From: the human T2T-CHM13v2.0 reference genome, Homo sapiens | Assembly: GCF_009914755.1 (NCBI RefSeq) | Contig: NC_060945.1 | DNA length: 64,000 nucleotides | Strand: one strand, 5' to 3' | Shown here: in pieces, positions 25,690 through 40,212 of the stretch | Position numbering within the stretch: position 1 is the stretch's first letter | Layout of the letters: the number at the start of each line of letters is the position of its first letter | Program-made: the position numbers and the translations under genes | Notes under the pieces: model-generated | Told to the model about the DNA's origin: nothing | What the model saw: the letters and a program-made list of their open reading frames with translations, nothing else | Databases searched by the model: none

Positions 25690-25810
25690 AAGCCTGTATT
25701 GTAAGGAAGGTAGAATCTTATCATTGCACCTTCTCAGATAGGAAGTTGAGAATCAGAATGCCTGGACAGCGTCACTATACACCCACAGCTAGTGAGTAGA
25801 GGGATCAGGT
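25690..25810 (-). mobile_element. MIR fragment
   Basis: cagataggaagttgagaatcaga...cacagctagtgagtagagggatcagg. Confidence 0.55.
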
Positions 25811-26318
25811 TTATTATGTCTTTACAGCATAATTATGTCTCCATATATTTCATTGATATGAAACCTGTACTGTGTTCTGCTACTTTACATTCTATGATCC
25901 TTTTATATAATTGCTACTTTATTTTATAATCAAACAAAGAGCCAGTTTATGATAAGCATAGATTCTTAGGTTTAAGTGTGTAAATTTATAACTATTACCA
26001 TCGGTTTGTCTTTTATACTTTCCTTTAAATAATATTTTTTAGTGTTAAAAATTATTCCTACCTTCAGTCCACCTTTACATTTTCGCTAAAAAATATTCTG
26101 TTAAGTTGAAAAACGAAGCAAATCATTGCCACTGGACACCATATTTATATCACTGGGAATGATGTTGTTTCTCAATAGGATTTGATTTTATCTGAAATTC
26201 CAATGTTTCCACCGACAATATAAAGAAAAAACAAAAACAAGAACAATCTGCTAATGAACAGTTTCTGAAGGGACAGAAGGGAAGTTTTCCAAATGCAAAG
26301 CTCAGCCAAAAGGGAGAA

Positions 26319-26464
26319 TTTATTGTTGTTGTTGTTTATTTGTTTCCTGAGACAGAGTCTCACTATGTTGCCCAGGCTGGACTTGAACTGCTGGGTTCAA
26401 ATGATCCTCCTGCCTCAGCCTCCCAAGTAGCTAGGATTCTAGGCAGGTGCCACCAGACCAGCTC
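26319..26464 (-). mobile_element. FLAM (free left Alu monomer)
   Basis: Single monomer gagacagagtctcactatgttgcccaggctgg...tgccaccagaccagct. Confidence 0.88.
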
Positions 26465-29400
26465 AATGGGGAGGTTTACTAATGCAATTTTGCTACACCA
26501 AAATGGTGGCATCTATTTATTTACTTATTTTAAATAGGAAGAAGTCAGAAGACTTAATGAATCAAGCATTACTTATAATTATATTTTTTAATACAACGCT
26601 TTGAGCATGGACTTAAAAATGCAGAGATGAAATATAAGAGCTTCTTGGAAGCAAACATTGTTGGACAGACTTATAATGTGTCAGGATTTTCAAACTCATT
26701 TTCTATAACTTTCCAAAGATGCTGTCAAATGAAGGATGAGTCAGGTTTTCCATAAAAACATCATTCTAATTTTGTAAAACGGTGTGGCTCAAAACTATAA
26801 ATTGGGCTGCCAAACTATTTCTCTCAAATGTTTGATGGTTTGGGAACATGTAGAATCCATTATATTTTCTTCATTAAAGGACTCCATATAATAAAGTGAT
26901 TTATTGTGACAATTTAATTTATTGTGATAATTTAATGTTTGTGATTCAATGGAAAAACATCATTCTTTTCATAAATGTGATGTAATAACATAATATTCAT
27001 CACTGGGTGCACAAAAGAAGTTTATGGATATATGACTCTGCTGCTAAGCTATCAGAAGGATTCGTGCCCCTGTCACTCCACACACGCTTTAGAAAGATAA
27101 CAGCCATGATTTTTGATATGTAAAGTCCCAACCATTGTGTGTTCAGGAATCTGTCTGCATCATGACACAACGGTGGAACTAAGCCATAATGAATGATTTA
27201 GCTCTGTTTCCTCTTTCTTCACAATGTGCCCATGATTCTCATACCAATATGCCTTTCTTGGACTTATCTCTGAAGTCTGTAGGAGATAACTTCCTCCCCA
27301 TTACTAGCCAGCAGGGTGGCCTGAGTTTCCTTGTCTGGAGCTGCAGGATATTTGTTCTATCCTGTTTACAGCCAATGGGGGGCCCTTTTTCTTCCCTACA
27401 GTGAGCCTTTTCATCTGCACAGAGGGAGATACAAAATCGGAAATGATCTTAATTAAATGTTTTCCGTCCAGAAACAACTAGTCCACTACCTTGATCTGGC
27501 GGACCTTCTTGGAGGTGCCCCTTCCCACCTCCCTCTGTGGTGAGATTGCAGGTAATAGACCTTATGACAAAAGACAAGGATAAATATTTATCAGGGCACC
27601 GAAGAATTTTTGAGTATCTACAATTATTTACATTCATTCCTGTGAACACATTTAACCATGTGAGGTGTTATTAGTACTCCCCGCTGACATTTTTTCCTTT
27701 ATAATATTTTCAAATAAAATTGTATCCCCTGAACAAATTACAAAAGTGCCTTTAAATATCCAGAATAAATATTTTGAGAATATTCATTTTAAGGTTCAAG
27801 TTTCTAAAGTACCCTATTCGATGCTAAGTTATTGCAATATCTGTCGTTTAGAGGAACTTGTAGGTTTATTAGCTCTATAATGTCAACATTCGCAGATATG
27901 AAGCATTTTATATTTCTTAGTGATGTATAAATGTATGAGGAATACATGAAAATGCAACAAGATTTTGGTTGGCTTAATAATGAGTTTCTTTCTTAAAGAT
28001 CAAGATAAAAATTCTGAATTTCTATTGTTCTGTTTTTAAAATTATAAACTTAAATGTATCTAGCTCCAATGTAAACTCTACATTGCCAACTTTTTGGAAT
28101 ATGAATATAATGAAAGTTTATATCTGGTTAGTTGTGAAAAAAATTATTATTCTATCATGTAAAGAACATAGAATTTATTAAGGAGATATTACTTAATTGG
28201 TAGATTATTCACAAGTTTTAGCTGAATTGATTTTTTTAAGGAAAAAATTATGTGAGGAATTTAACATATTTGTTTTGGTAGAAACATGTTTTGACAGAGG
28301 AATTTTATACTTAGATAAAATATCAGTTTCATATAAACAAATCATAACTTTTAAATTATAAGTACATCTTATAATTTTTATGTTTTCACGTCCATAGATT
28401 ATTTATTGATAGATAAATAGATGGATAGAAAAATTTGCAAAGTTCAGATTTTTTTAGTGATAATCTAATTTTTTAAATAAAATGATTTAATATTTGCACA
28501 GTAAATGTGATGAAAACTTTGTGTACAGATATAAGGTCCTGTGGTTTGGGGTTTCCTTTTTGTCCAAAAGGCATTGTTCTATGTGAATTAGACATACCGA
28601 TTTAATATTCTAATTCAATGCCTATAAAACCAACCTTTATTTAATTCTCTGCTTTCTGCAATTCCTCAAGGAGTGAAAAAATAGACTGTGACTTCTTTAA
28701 AAGAGGCATTTTGTTAAAAGAATAAAATGTCTTTTGAAATATTAGTGAAGTACTGGTATTTTAATACCCTTTTTTAAAAAAAACAATTAAAGAATCCTAT
28801 GATTATTTCTTTTCCCTATCTCAAAACCAAGCATATTTTCAAGTAAAATTAAATATATTTGAATCTACACTTTATAATATTACAATAAAGGAAAGAAATA
28901 GTTATCATTACTACATTTGGGGATTTTTTTAAATGTAGTTTCTCGTTGAAAGAATTTACTTTCAACCACAAGAAGTTGATTATTCTGTGTGTTTTTATCA
29001 GATAGGCTTTATATAATTTCTTGTATCTCATAAGGAAGTCCATGTATAATAGACAAAGCATCCAAGAACACAAACTTAATGAAAAACCAGCTTTTGTTGA
29101 GATGGTTTCACTCCAGTAACCTTGGAAGTGTTGGCGAGTAATTTGAGTTTTAGTGACAAGATTCTGTTGCTGCTAGGGATGGTTTTGGCCATTTGATAGG
29201 CTGAGTTTTTACAAGAATAATTTACTGTGTTTACAGACAGCTTAGGTCTTATTAGGGAATATTAACCCTTCCCCCAAGTTTAGGTTCTATGTGTGCGTAA
29301 ATTAAGAGATCTATTTCTGTTTTGGAAAGCACACAGTATATTTTAAATATAATTTTTAAATGTAATTTTTAAAAGAAAGGCTCTATTTTAGCCTTCTAAA

Positions 29401-29701
29401 TTATATCTTCTATATACACTTGGTATTGCTGAATAACCAAAATTAGCTTTCGCTTTTCTTGCTGGAAATTTGTAATTTTCTTAACATATTCTTTCTGTTC
29501 TGAGTAAAAGTAAATAAAGGTAATTAAAATACAGTATTTTTTAAAAAACTTTTGAAAAGGTTCAGCTTTTAAATTCTTCAATGATATGTAAAAGTTTCTA
29601 CCTATGAATTTATTTTTTGTTACTGATAAATTTGTATTAAATAATTGATGCCTAAAATATATATTTAGTAGAATAAAGAAATTAGCTATAAAACAAAATT
29701 A

Positions 29702-30028
<327 letters not shown>

Positions 30029-31092
30029 AAGAGCCACAAACTAAAGTCTGGTTTGGCTGGGTTCCATTGCCTTGCTAAGAATGTAAGCTGCTACTATCTA
30101 GGTACATCAGCTGTACATATGTCATGTAGCCCTTTAGGGTCTCAGATTTTGTCTCTGAAAATAAGAGGATTGGATAAAAAAAAAAAAAAAGCTCAGTACC
30201 ATTTTATAATTCCAGATGACAAGCTGAAGGATCAAGTCTTTAGCTTCTTAAAATTGTTATAGAGGATATTGAAAATGTTATTACTAAATTTGGAGTGAAC
30301 ATACATGAAAACATTGATTCTTTTTATTTTTGTTTTGAAAATAGTTAAAAATAAAAACAAGGGGAATTTATTATGTTAATCTCACAATTTATAAAGCTTG
30401 ATATTTTGAGTTGCAAGTAAAATTAAATATAAAAATCTTTATTAATTCTGTCACATTAGTAGAGGTCTCAATGCTGTGAAAGTCCATGTCTAAATTATGA
30501 CAAAATTATTTTCAACCATATCAGCATTGTTTCAGAAGAAAAGATCACAACTAAATTTACTTACAGCAATCTTACAGGTTTAAGTTTTATTGCGATTTCA
30601 AAAACAAAATAATTTCACTATCAAATTAAAAACAATTCATTCTTTTATCCAGAAAGATAGACATTAATTTGAATTAATAACATATTTCTGTTTTTTATGT
30701 TGCAATTTCTTTCCTAAAGATATAAAATCTTGTGCCAACTGTCAGAAAAAGGAAGGATGAGATTATTAATATGTGCAATGTGAATCAAAAATGATTCAAG
30801 AGAAATTATATGTATATCAGGAAACTTCTTGTTCTTTCTTATTGATGCTAAAGCAGGGTGGTGATGACTTGAGGTATAATTTAGTTAACACTATTTAGAT
30901 ATATATTGTCAAATTTAGAAACACATTTGTAGTAATATAATATATCATATATGACATGCTTTTCTGAGGGATTTGTGATAATAGTAGGTTTCATGAAAAT
31001 CTCTCAAGAAGACATTGATTTTTTTACCAAAAGGTAAGGCTTTATATCTATAGTATGGGGATGTAAACATAATTATCAAATGAATATTTGAT

Positions 31093-31201
31093 TCAAATGA
31101 TTTATTTGATATTCACATAAATCAAATGATTTATTTGATATTCATGAATGTGATATTCATATTCATCAAATAAATTTGATATTGATGAATATCAAATAAA
31201 T
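31093..31201. repeat. Mixed direct and inverted repeat cluster
   Basis: 23-bp direct repeat (31093-31115, 31122-31144); 17-bp perfect inverted repeat (31129-31145 / 31185-31201). Confidence 0.9.
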
Positions 31202-32055
31202 GGCAAAGAAAATATTTATGATGAGATGAACTTTTTTTTATTCACATCAGATGTTCTATACCTAGTATTATTACCTTTTGTCACTCATCAACAAAAGGTA
31301 GTATTGAGTTGTTTTCTTACTGGCACTTTAAAATATTATGCACTATTAATTTTCTTCAGTAAAATTTAATCTACTTAATCTGCTCTTATAATTATATTCT
31401 GTGATGTTTTCCAATACAAATAGTTATTCCAACCACTTTTAGAACTTGTTTCCTTTCCAATGTCCTTTCATAGCATCTTTTAGTATAAAACAACCTTTGG
31501 GATAAATATTAATAACATCAAGTCAACACACAGAGTGCCTATTCATCTTTGTTCATTATATCACTTGCTCTATTTAGATGAAAATCATATAATCAAAAAT
31601 GCCAATATATTGTCTGTGTGACAAAGTGTCTCCAATGACACATTTAGTATAAAAGCCATGTTGTACTAATCTGAGAATAGAATAGATCTATATCTCATTC
31701 TAATAATAATTCTCAATGAATAGTGTGGCTCTTTCAACTGATGCATTAAACAGACAAAGATATTTCTTGGAGAGTTCAGTCAGTTGGCTATGCCGCCAGT
31801 TATAACAGAAACCAATTTTCAAGCCGTGAGTTCTTGTTTTTTGTTTTTTACCAAAGGTACTGTTTCCGTACACTGGTATTAAAAAAATGGATTATTCTTT
31901 TTGATACAACTAAGATGAAACATTTTTTCATTTTTTCCTGTGATTTTCAGTTTGTCATTTATTATTATATTTACCAGTTTTCGTTTCTATGTGCCTTACA
32001 CACAACTCTCACAAACTTTGTTTCTCCATTTGCTTTACTCTTTTTTTAATCAATC

Positions 32056-32417
32056 TGTCTAGTTTGTCCTGATGAAACCAAGTACCATAGACAGGGTGGC
32101 TTATAAACAACATAAAGTTATTTCTCACAGTTCTGGAATCAGGGAAGTGCAAGATCAGGGTACCAGCATGGTTGGATTCTGGTGAGGGTCCTCTTCCAGG
32201 TTGCAGACTGCCATCTGCTCATTGTATTCTCACATGGCAGAAAGAGGACTGGAGGGCTCTCTGGGGTATCTTTCATAAGAGCACTAATCCCACTGACGAG
32301 AGCTCCACTTTCATGATCTAATTACCCCCCAAAGGCCCCACCTCCTCATATCATCACATTGGAGGTTAGGATTTCAACATATACATTTCTGGGCAATGTA
32401 TACAATTCCATTGGACA
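32056..32417 (-). mobile_element. MLT1A-like MaLR solo LTR
   Basis: taccatagacagggtggcttataaacaac...tctcacagttctgga...aaggccccacctcct...ggttaggatttcaacata. Confidence 0.88.
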
Positions 32418-32944
32418 GTCTTACAATCTTTTCAGTGTTTACATGCATAATTTACTGCAAGACTTGGAATGAAACTTCTTAGCTTTGCTTGGTCTATATA
32501 ATATGCTTCATCTTAAGCAAGCTCTACATTACTAGTGATGTTAAATTTCAGTAAATGGAAAAATTCCTTGAGAATACTATATTCTCTTTCATTATCCAAA
32601 TACCTCTAATTTTACAATTTGATCAGTGTTCCTGCCCGTGTACAACCCAATTGAATTACATTGGATGTAATTGCCAGTTTTTAAAATATATCTTTGGATT
32701 AAAAGATAAATATTATGAAGGACCCTGTCTCATTGTGCCATCAGTATATCATGGCTGAGACTATCTCAGATAAGATAATGTATTAGTCGTCTGCTTCCTA
32801 GGAAAATGAACACTAAAATGAAATATGGAAGAAATGGATTCTGAGTGTTAAATGTGAGAAACAAGGTTTATACTGAACATTCTAAGCCATTGCCAAATGT
32901 CAACTTTAAACTTCAGATCAAGAGATTCAGAATTCTACAGTGTC

Positions 32945-33130
32945 AGGTATGGTAGATGTTCTCACACCAAGGTGAACACAAGAATCAACCGAGTGATTTA
33001 TTTAAAAGAGAGTCCTGAGTGCCACCCCCAGAAATTCAGATTTTTAAATTTTTAAATAAATCTGAGTGTGTCTTTTAAACTTACATTTTGTACCAGCAAC
33101 TCCAAGTTATTCTAATATAGGTAATCCACA
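32945..33130. mobile_element. MER5-like hAT fragment
   Basis: gtcctgagtgccacccccagaaattcaga...ccagcaactccaagttattctaat. Confidence 0.45.
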
Positions 33131-33272
33131 GATAAAAAATATTTGTTAGAACGTATTTTTTAAAAATATTGTTTAGACCATAAATATTTTAGCCTTTTCT
33201 TTTTTTTAACAAAATACAAATTTATACTTTTTAGACAGCAAAAAAAAAAAAAAAATTGTTTAAAGAAACTCT

Positions 33273-33953
<681 letters not shown>

Positions 33954-34431
33954 TAAAACTATATTTATTTCTTAAGAACCTGATCACTAGTCTTTCTGTC
34001 AGCTCTTTCTCTTTTTATTTTTTATTTTTGGTCATTTCTGGTTTATATTTTAGAATGTGCTACTATAGATTTGCTGGGATGATTCTGATTTTAATCAATT
34101 TTTTTTCCTTCTTGTACCATAAAAAATTGAAATGTCCCAGAAATTTTGAATACATCTAGAATCTAGACTGTATCTCCCAGATTCCTATTCATATAAAAAT
34201 TTTCAGGCAAATTGTCCCTCTTTGGGGTTCACAAATCATGATTGCAAGAGCTAGAAGTAAACCACTGTAGAATATTTTAGAGGCTAATAGTTTAGAGGCT
34301 AAAGATGTCTCAGAGAATATTGGTCTACCCCTGTCCTATGGATGAATTCACTGTTTAGCAAAGCACTGGACGTGTATTTTGTCCTAGAGTATCCCAAAAG
34401 GGTATACTGAATCATTTCTAAAAACAGTCAG

Positions 34432-34935
34432 TGTATTAGGAATCCATGTGCAAGTAACAGAAGTCCTTAGTACAGGAGCATAAATAGAAGCATATTTACT
34501 TGTCTCATACTACAAGGAGCCTGAGATTAGGCCACAGGCTAATATAGACACTCAAGAGTGCCTTCAAGATTTCGGACTCTTTTTTTTTTTTTCTGCTCTG
34601 TATTGCGCTGACTACTATTACCCTCATGCTAACTCCTTCTTAGGTAGATGATTGCTACACTTCTAGGTCCCATATCCTCAGGATAACTACCTGGGAAAGA
34701 AGGAAAGAACAAATTAGCGAAAAGCAATGCTCTGTTTTTCAATTTGGAAAGAGATGGCCCTTTCAACTTCATGTTATTACCCAAAACTGTGTCACTTTAT
34801 CTGCTCTGGCTTTATGAGAAGCTAAAAAATTGAGTAATTTTACCTGGGTACATTGATGTCCCAAACTAAATCAGGGTTCTGACAGGAAAAAAGTAGGAAT
34901 ACATACTGTATCAGAAACTGGAATTGTTTGCTACA
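34432..34935 (-). mobile_element. MLT1J-like MaLR solo LTR
   Basis: tgtattaggaatccatgtgcaagtaacagaa start; aaatcagggttctg...tgtttgctaca end. Confidence 0.65.
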
Positions 34936-35306
34936 GATAGTATATCTATAAAGAAAAATGTGTAAGAAAGACTCAGAACAATTAATGTAGACATAAAGAT
35001 GTAGATTATTATTTGCCTGTTACATGTATTAACCGTTTGGTAGACTATTTTTTGGGAGACATCGTTGTGAGTCTTCATAATGCTCATCTCACTCACCCAT
35101 GACAGCAAAATGGGGGTTGGTCGCTAATTATTAGGTAAAACATTCTAAACTAACAGGAAAAAGGAATCCTTGAGTTAATCTTGGGAGGATAACAGTGGGT
35201 GAAAGACGATGATAAATGCGCAAAACTGCTAAAGTTTAAATGATTGGCACTTTCAGGATGGTAGCAGTCAATAAGAATATGACTGCTGTGTAGTTAACCT
35301 CTGCAC

Positions 35307-35623
35307 TTTTTTTCTTTTTTCTTTTTTTTTTTCTTTTCTTTTTTTTTTTTTTTTTGAGATAGAGTTTCCCTGTTTTCACCCAGGAGTGATCTCGGCTCGC
35401 TGCAACCTCTGCCTCCCAGGTTCAAGTGATTCTCCTACCTCAGCCTCCTGAGTAGCTAGGATTACAAGCGCCCACCACCACACCCAGCTAATTTTTGTGT
35501 TTTTAGTAGAGATGAGGTTTTGCCATGTTGGCCAGGCTGGTGTTGAACTCCTGACCTCAGGTGATCTGCCCCCTCAGCCTCTCAAAGTACTGAGATTACA
35601 GGCATGAGCCACCATGCCCAGCC
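35307..35623 (-). mobile_element. AluS-like with a small internal deletion
   Basis: Dimer lacking ~15 bp after cccagg; flanks cctctgcac / cctctgccc. Confidence 0.94.
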
Positions 35624-35833
35624 TCTGCCCTGTTTTTATCAGTTTACCTTTATGACTGACTGAGGAAGTCCTGAAGTTGCAGCTGCTCCACTTCTGAGTG
35701 ATCCTGGTTTTTTTATTTCTTGTTGTCCCACAGCAGACAGTTATTAAAATATTGAAATAATGAGAATCCTCAACAACTCTAGTCACCTTTGGCACCTGCA
35801 AAATAGAAGTTTTGCTATAGTGGTCTAGGGTGA

Positions 35834-36019
35834 GAGGTACCCCAAAGAGGTATATTGAATCAGTTTTAAAAGCAGTCAGCTTGTTAGGATTTCATGTACA
35901 AATAACAGAAATCTCTGCTACAGTGGCTTCAGTAGAAGCATACTCACTTGTCTTATACTATAAGAAGCCTGATATTAGGCCACAGAGCTAATACAGAGGC
36001 TCAAGGATGTCCTCAAAAT
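35834..36019 (+). repeat. Diverged local duplicate of 34387-34570
   Basis: Collinear similarity, about 75-80% by eye, covering flank plus the LTR end. Confidence 0.8.
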
Positions 36020-36913
36020 GAAAGGTTTCAGTGTTCACTGGCAGAGTTTCCTCTGGCAAGCCTGGAGGGGATGGGCAGAGGCTGGAGTGGAATTCAGATT
36101 ACTCAGAATTAATCAGGTCAGAATTAATCCTGGTTATTACTTTATACCATGGTTCAGTTACTTTTATAGGTGAAGATGTATTTTGTGCCTAATCCTACAA
36201 AAACATCCACCCCATAATATGTCAAGAGCCTGCATTTATTCTGGGAAGAATAACCATAAAACCTCTCAAGAGAAATTTTCCACTATAAAATACAAAAGTA
36301 ATTTTATGCGATACACAGATCAATATTACTTGATAAATATATTACACAATGGTCTTGAACATTGAAATATATGTTAATAATACTTTGGTGTACATAATAC
36401 CTGTATTTCCCATATGTATTAACATCATTTTATAGAAAAGATCATAATTTTAAAAAAAGGGTTTGCAGGAAGGTACAGTTGGGACCTGTGCACACATTGC
36501 ATACATACAGGGTCTTAATGGAAAGATAATTCAATACCTGCTGAAACCATAACAGATCATTAAGAACTTTTAAAAAGACCCGTGTCTGTATTGAAATAGA
36601 GAACCTAGCTCCTACTTCAAATTTACACCAGAAAATGGAACAATTGATATTATTTTTCCATTCTTTAATTTCTTTTTGCTTAATTGATTTTTGTTTTGTC
36701 TTAGTTATCAGTTTGTCAGATAGCATGTGGTTTGTTATTTTTAGAGAGCTCAGATTTTCCAAAATAAGAGTAAGCTTCTTTGTCATTATTTTATATTACC
36801 ATATATATATATATGCATATGCACATAGATATATATGTGTGTGTCTTTACACATATGTTTACTATAAAATAAAGAAAGCAATATTTTACATAATAGTTTT
36901 AAATATTCTGTAA

Positions 36914-37160
<247 letters not shown>

Positions 37161-37174
37161 TGATAAGCATTTTA

Positions 37175-37275
37175 AACATATTTTTAAAAAATTATATAAA
37201 TTTAGGGGTACAAATGGAGTTTTGTTACATGGATATACCGCATAGTGGTGAAATCTGGGCTTTTAATACAACCCT
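37175..37275 (-). mobile_element. L1MA-like 3' end fragment
   Basis: ggggtacaaatggagttttgttacatggatataccgcatagtggtgaaatctgggctttta. Confidence 0.75.
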
Positions 37276-39233
37276 GTAATATCAGTTTTGTCAAACTCTT
37301 ATCAGTCCCACAGTTTATGAAGAGTTTTGAAGTTTTGTTATGGTGTGGATTACAGAATTGTAATATTGTCGTTAACACCTATAGGTCTTTTCAATGACCA
37401 TAAAAAAGTTTGGAACCTGTATTCATTAAGGAAGAATTTCACTAACCTCAGAAGGAATGAGATATGGTTCTGAGACAGAGAGACCCTGATGAACTCTAAT
37501 ACACAATGGTAGTTCCAGCATAAGCATAATCATATATGGACAAGCTAATTTCATTCCACCCTTATGGAAATCTGCCAAACTCCACTATACTTTCAATTGC
37601 AATAAAATAGCTTCAGGCAAATCTGACTTTTTATCTACTTCTTTGTGTACTGTAAAAATAAAACTAAAACAAGTTTTTACTCTGAAAAGCTTGTCGTTTC
37701 AAAATGTATAGTATTAATAACTATGAAGCCATACAGTTATCACTACCATTACTTGGTGTTTATTTTCATTTATTTTTTCCTGGGTATTGATTTTGCATAG
37801 TTGGAATCATAGCACAAAATAATTTTGTCCATTTTTATATAAAAGGGCTATTAACCTTTGTTAATTTCATTCCAGTTTGGTAATTGGCTTCCACTTCATT
37901 ACTGTTATATGGATGTTTATATAACTGTGATAATTGCTTGCGTGCAAGACAGAGTAAAGAAATGAGAAGTTTTACAAATTTGTAAAATTTGTGTCAGTGA
38001 TTGAGCCTAAAATGGAATCTTTACTTCAGCATATTTGACCCTTAGACTTTTTAATGTTTATGAAAACAATTACTAAAATTATCCCCATTTTCTACTTGAT
38101 CCAGTGTACCTCATGGAAAGTTAAATATGTTTGAAGGTAGTGAAAGTCTCAGCAAGACAAATGCCATAAAATGATTCTAATATTGCATTCAAATGTTTCT
38201 ATCATGTATATAGATATGTATGTGGGTGGTCTGAATGTATGTGTATGTATATGGAAAGAGAGAAATGATTCATAATAGATTTTACATTGAAATGTACTAA
38301 GCAAAATAATAGAAAAGCATGCTGCAGAATATAAAAGCAATAGAGACAAGCAATAAAAAAAAAAGAAAATGTACATATCAGAAATAAAACCCACTACATG
38401 CTTCTGTATATTTGTGAATAACCAGTACTCACTGTCATGTACCAATTAAAAATAATAGGAAATTTTATAAACCCTATAAATATTGTGTTTAACTTTTTAT
38501 AATATAGGACTTCAATAGAAAATAGACTGCATAAATTACCTTTTATAGAAGTTTAGTTGTTAATGATCATTTTTAGGGTCTCATCCAGAGAGGTTCAACA
38601 CATTGTTATGGCTGATTTAAATTATGATTACAATTATGAAATATTGTGTCTGTGAAGTTCAAAAATTTACATACCACAGTCAGCAGTGAAATCTATTAGA
38701 AGCTCTAGTGCGTTTGTAGGTCTAATGTGAATTGATATACTGGTTCAATTTTAAAACATGTTAATTCAGTCCCCTGTGCCATGCCACTGGGATTAATATT
38801 ATTATAATATGTCATATCACTTAAAATTAAATTATGGTATACTCTTTTGTGATAAAAATTAACTAAAGTGCATGAAATTGTTTCTGAGTCTCTAACAAAA
38901 TTACACATTCCTTCGTTTTACGTAATTTAAAATAATATGAAAAATGTCAATATTTGGAGCTAACCTCACATCATTCAAATTATAGCTAAAAACATAGAAT
39001 TGCTACATTATTTCTTAGATTAAACATACTTTTCCTTAATGTGAAATTGATATTGAAATGTCATCTAGACAATGCTATGGATATCTACAGCTTTTTAAGT
39101 TTGCATCCGTTCTAATAGATTATTTGAAATGAATAATCATCAGCTTCTTTGAGACAGTAGGGGAAATCAGAAACTTCACAGATGTTTAGTGATCTTCCAA
39201 GGACAAAATAATAGAAGTAATTTAAATTGCTAA

Positions 39234-39605
39234 CGTATTGGTCTGTTTTCGTGTTACCATAAAGATACTACCTGAGACTGGGTAATTTATAAAGGAAAGA
39301 GGTTTAATTGACTCACAGTTTCTCATGGCCGGAGAGGCCTCAGGAAACTTACAATCATGGTGGAAGGGGAAGGGGAAGCAGGTCACACCTTACATGGTGG
39401 CAGGAGAGAGAGAGAAAAAGACGGCAGGGAAACCTGCCATTTTTAAAACCATCAGATCTCATGAGAACTCCCTCATTATAAGGAGAACAGTATGGGGGAA
39501 ACTGCCCCCATGATGCAATTACCTTCTGCCAGGTTGCTCCCTTGACTTATGGGGATGACAATTCGAGGTGAGATTTGCTTGGGGACACAGAGCCAAATCA
39601 TATCA
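39234..39605 (-). mobile_element. THE1D/MSTA-like MaLR solo LTR
   Basis: gatactacctgagactgggtaatttataaagg...ggcctcaggaaacttacaatcatgg...ggggacacagagccaaatcatatca. Confidence 0.92.
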
Positions 39606-40083
39606 ACTAGTTTGTCATTTGGATTATAGCACTCATTGGGAGGCACAGTATATTATGTAACTTTGAAGTATAACTTTCAGTTAATTTTTTTTTTTTATCA
39701 TTGCATTTGTACACATTTTTGCCAGGGAGGCTAAAACATAGGTTAGGTACCAATATTTAAATCTATGGACTGCTTTCCACTGGGGGATACGTATTTTCAA
39801 CGGTAAATAAAAGAAAATAATTTTCATTTCATAGTCCCTTAAATTTTACTTGGAGAATAGATTGCCTGGTAATCACTCTATCACTCCTGTCTCTTTTCTT
39901 AGAAGCAGGCAAAGTTGCCCAGCTACCATAGTGTGGACCTTATGGGACAGCTCTGGATATGTATGTCACTGATACCCTTGTTCACTGTCAGGTTGACAGA
40001 CCTGATGGAGGTACTCTGTACCAACTGTATCACAGGATTTTCCTGCAAATTGATATCAATCTATCAATTGAATAGAATTGAAT

Positions 40084-40212
40084 ATTGAATATCCAATTCC
40101 CCTCCCTAACATAATAAAATACACTAGTAACGGAATTTCAGTCCCCCTGGAAGAGAGAAGACATTTTGGGGCTGGTATTATACTTAGGACCTTCCACCAA
40201 TGAGTCCCTCCA
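40084..40212 (+). repeat. Local dispersed duplication, copy A (partner 41697-41826)
   Basis: Hand alignment gives 7 substitutions and 1 indel over ~129 bp. Confidence 0.95.

Noticed and set aside
37970-37987. Perfect 18-bp palindrome ttttacaaatttgtaaaa
   Set aside because: AT-rich and short; no supporting context.
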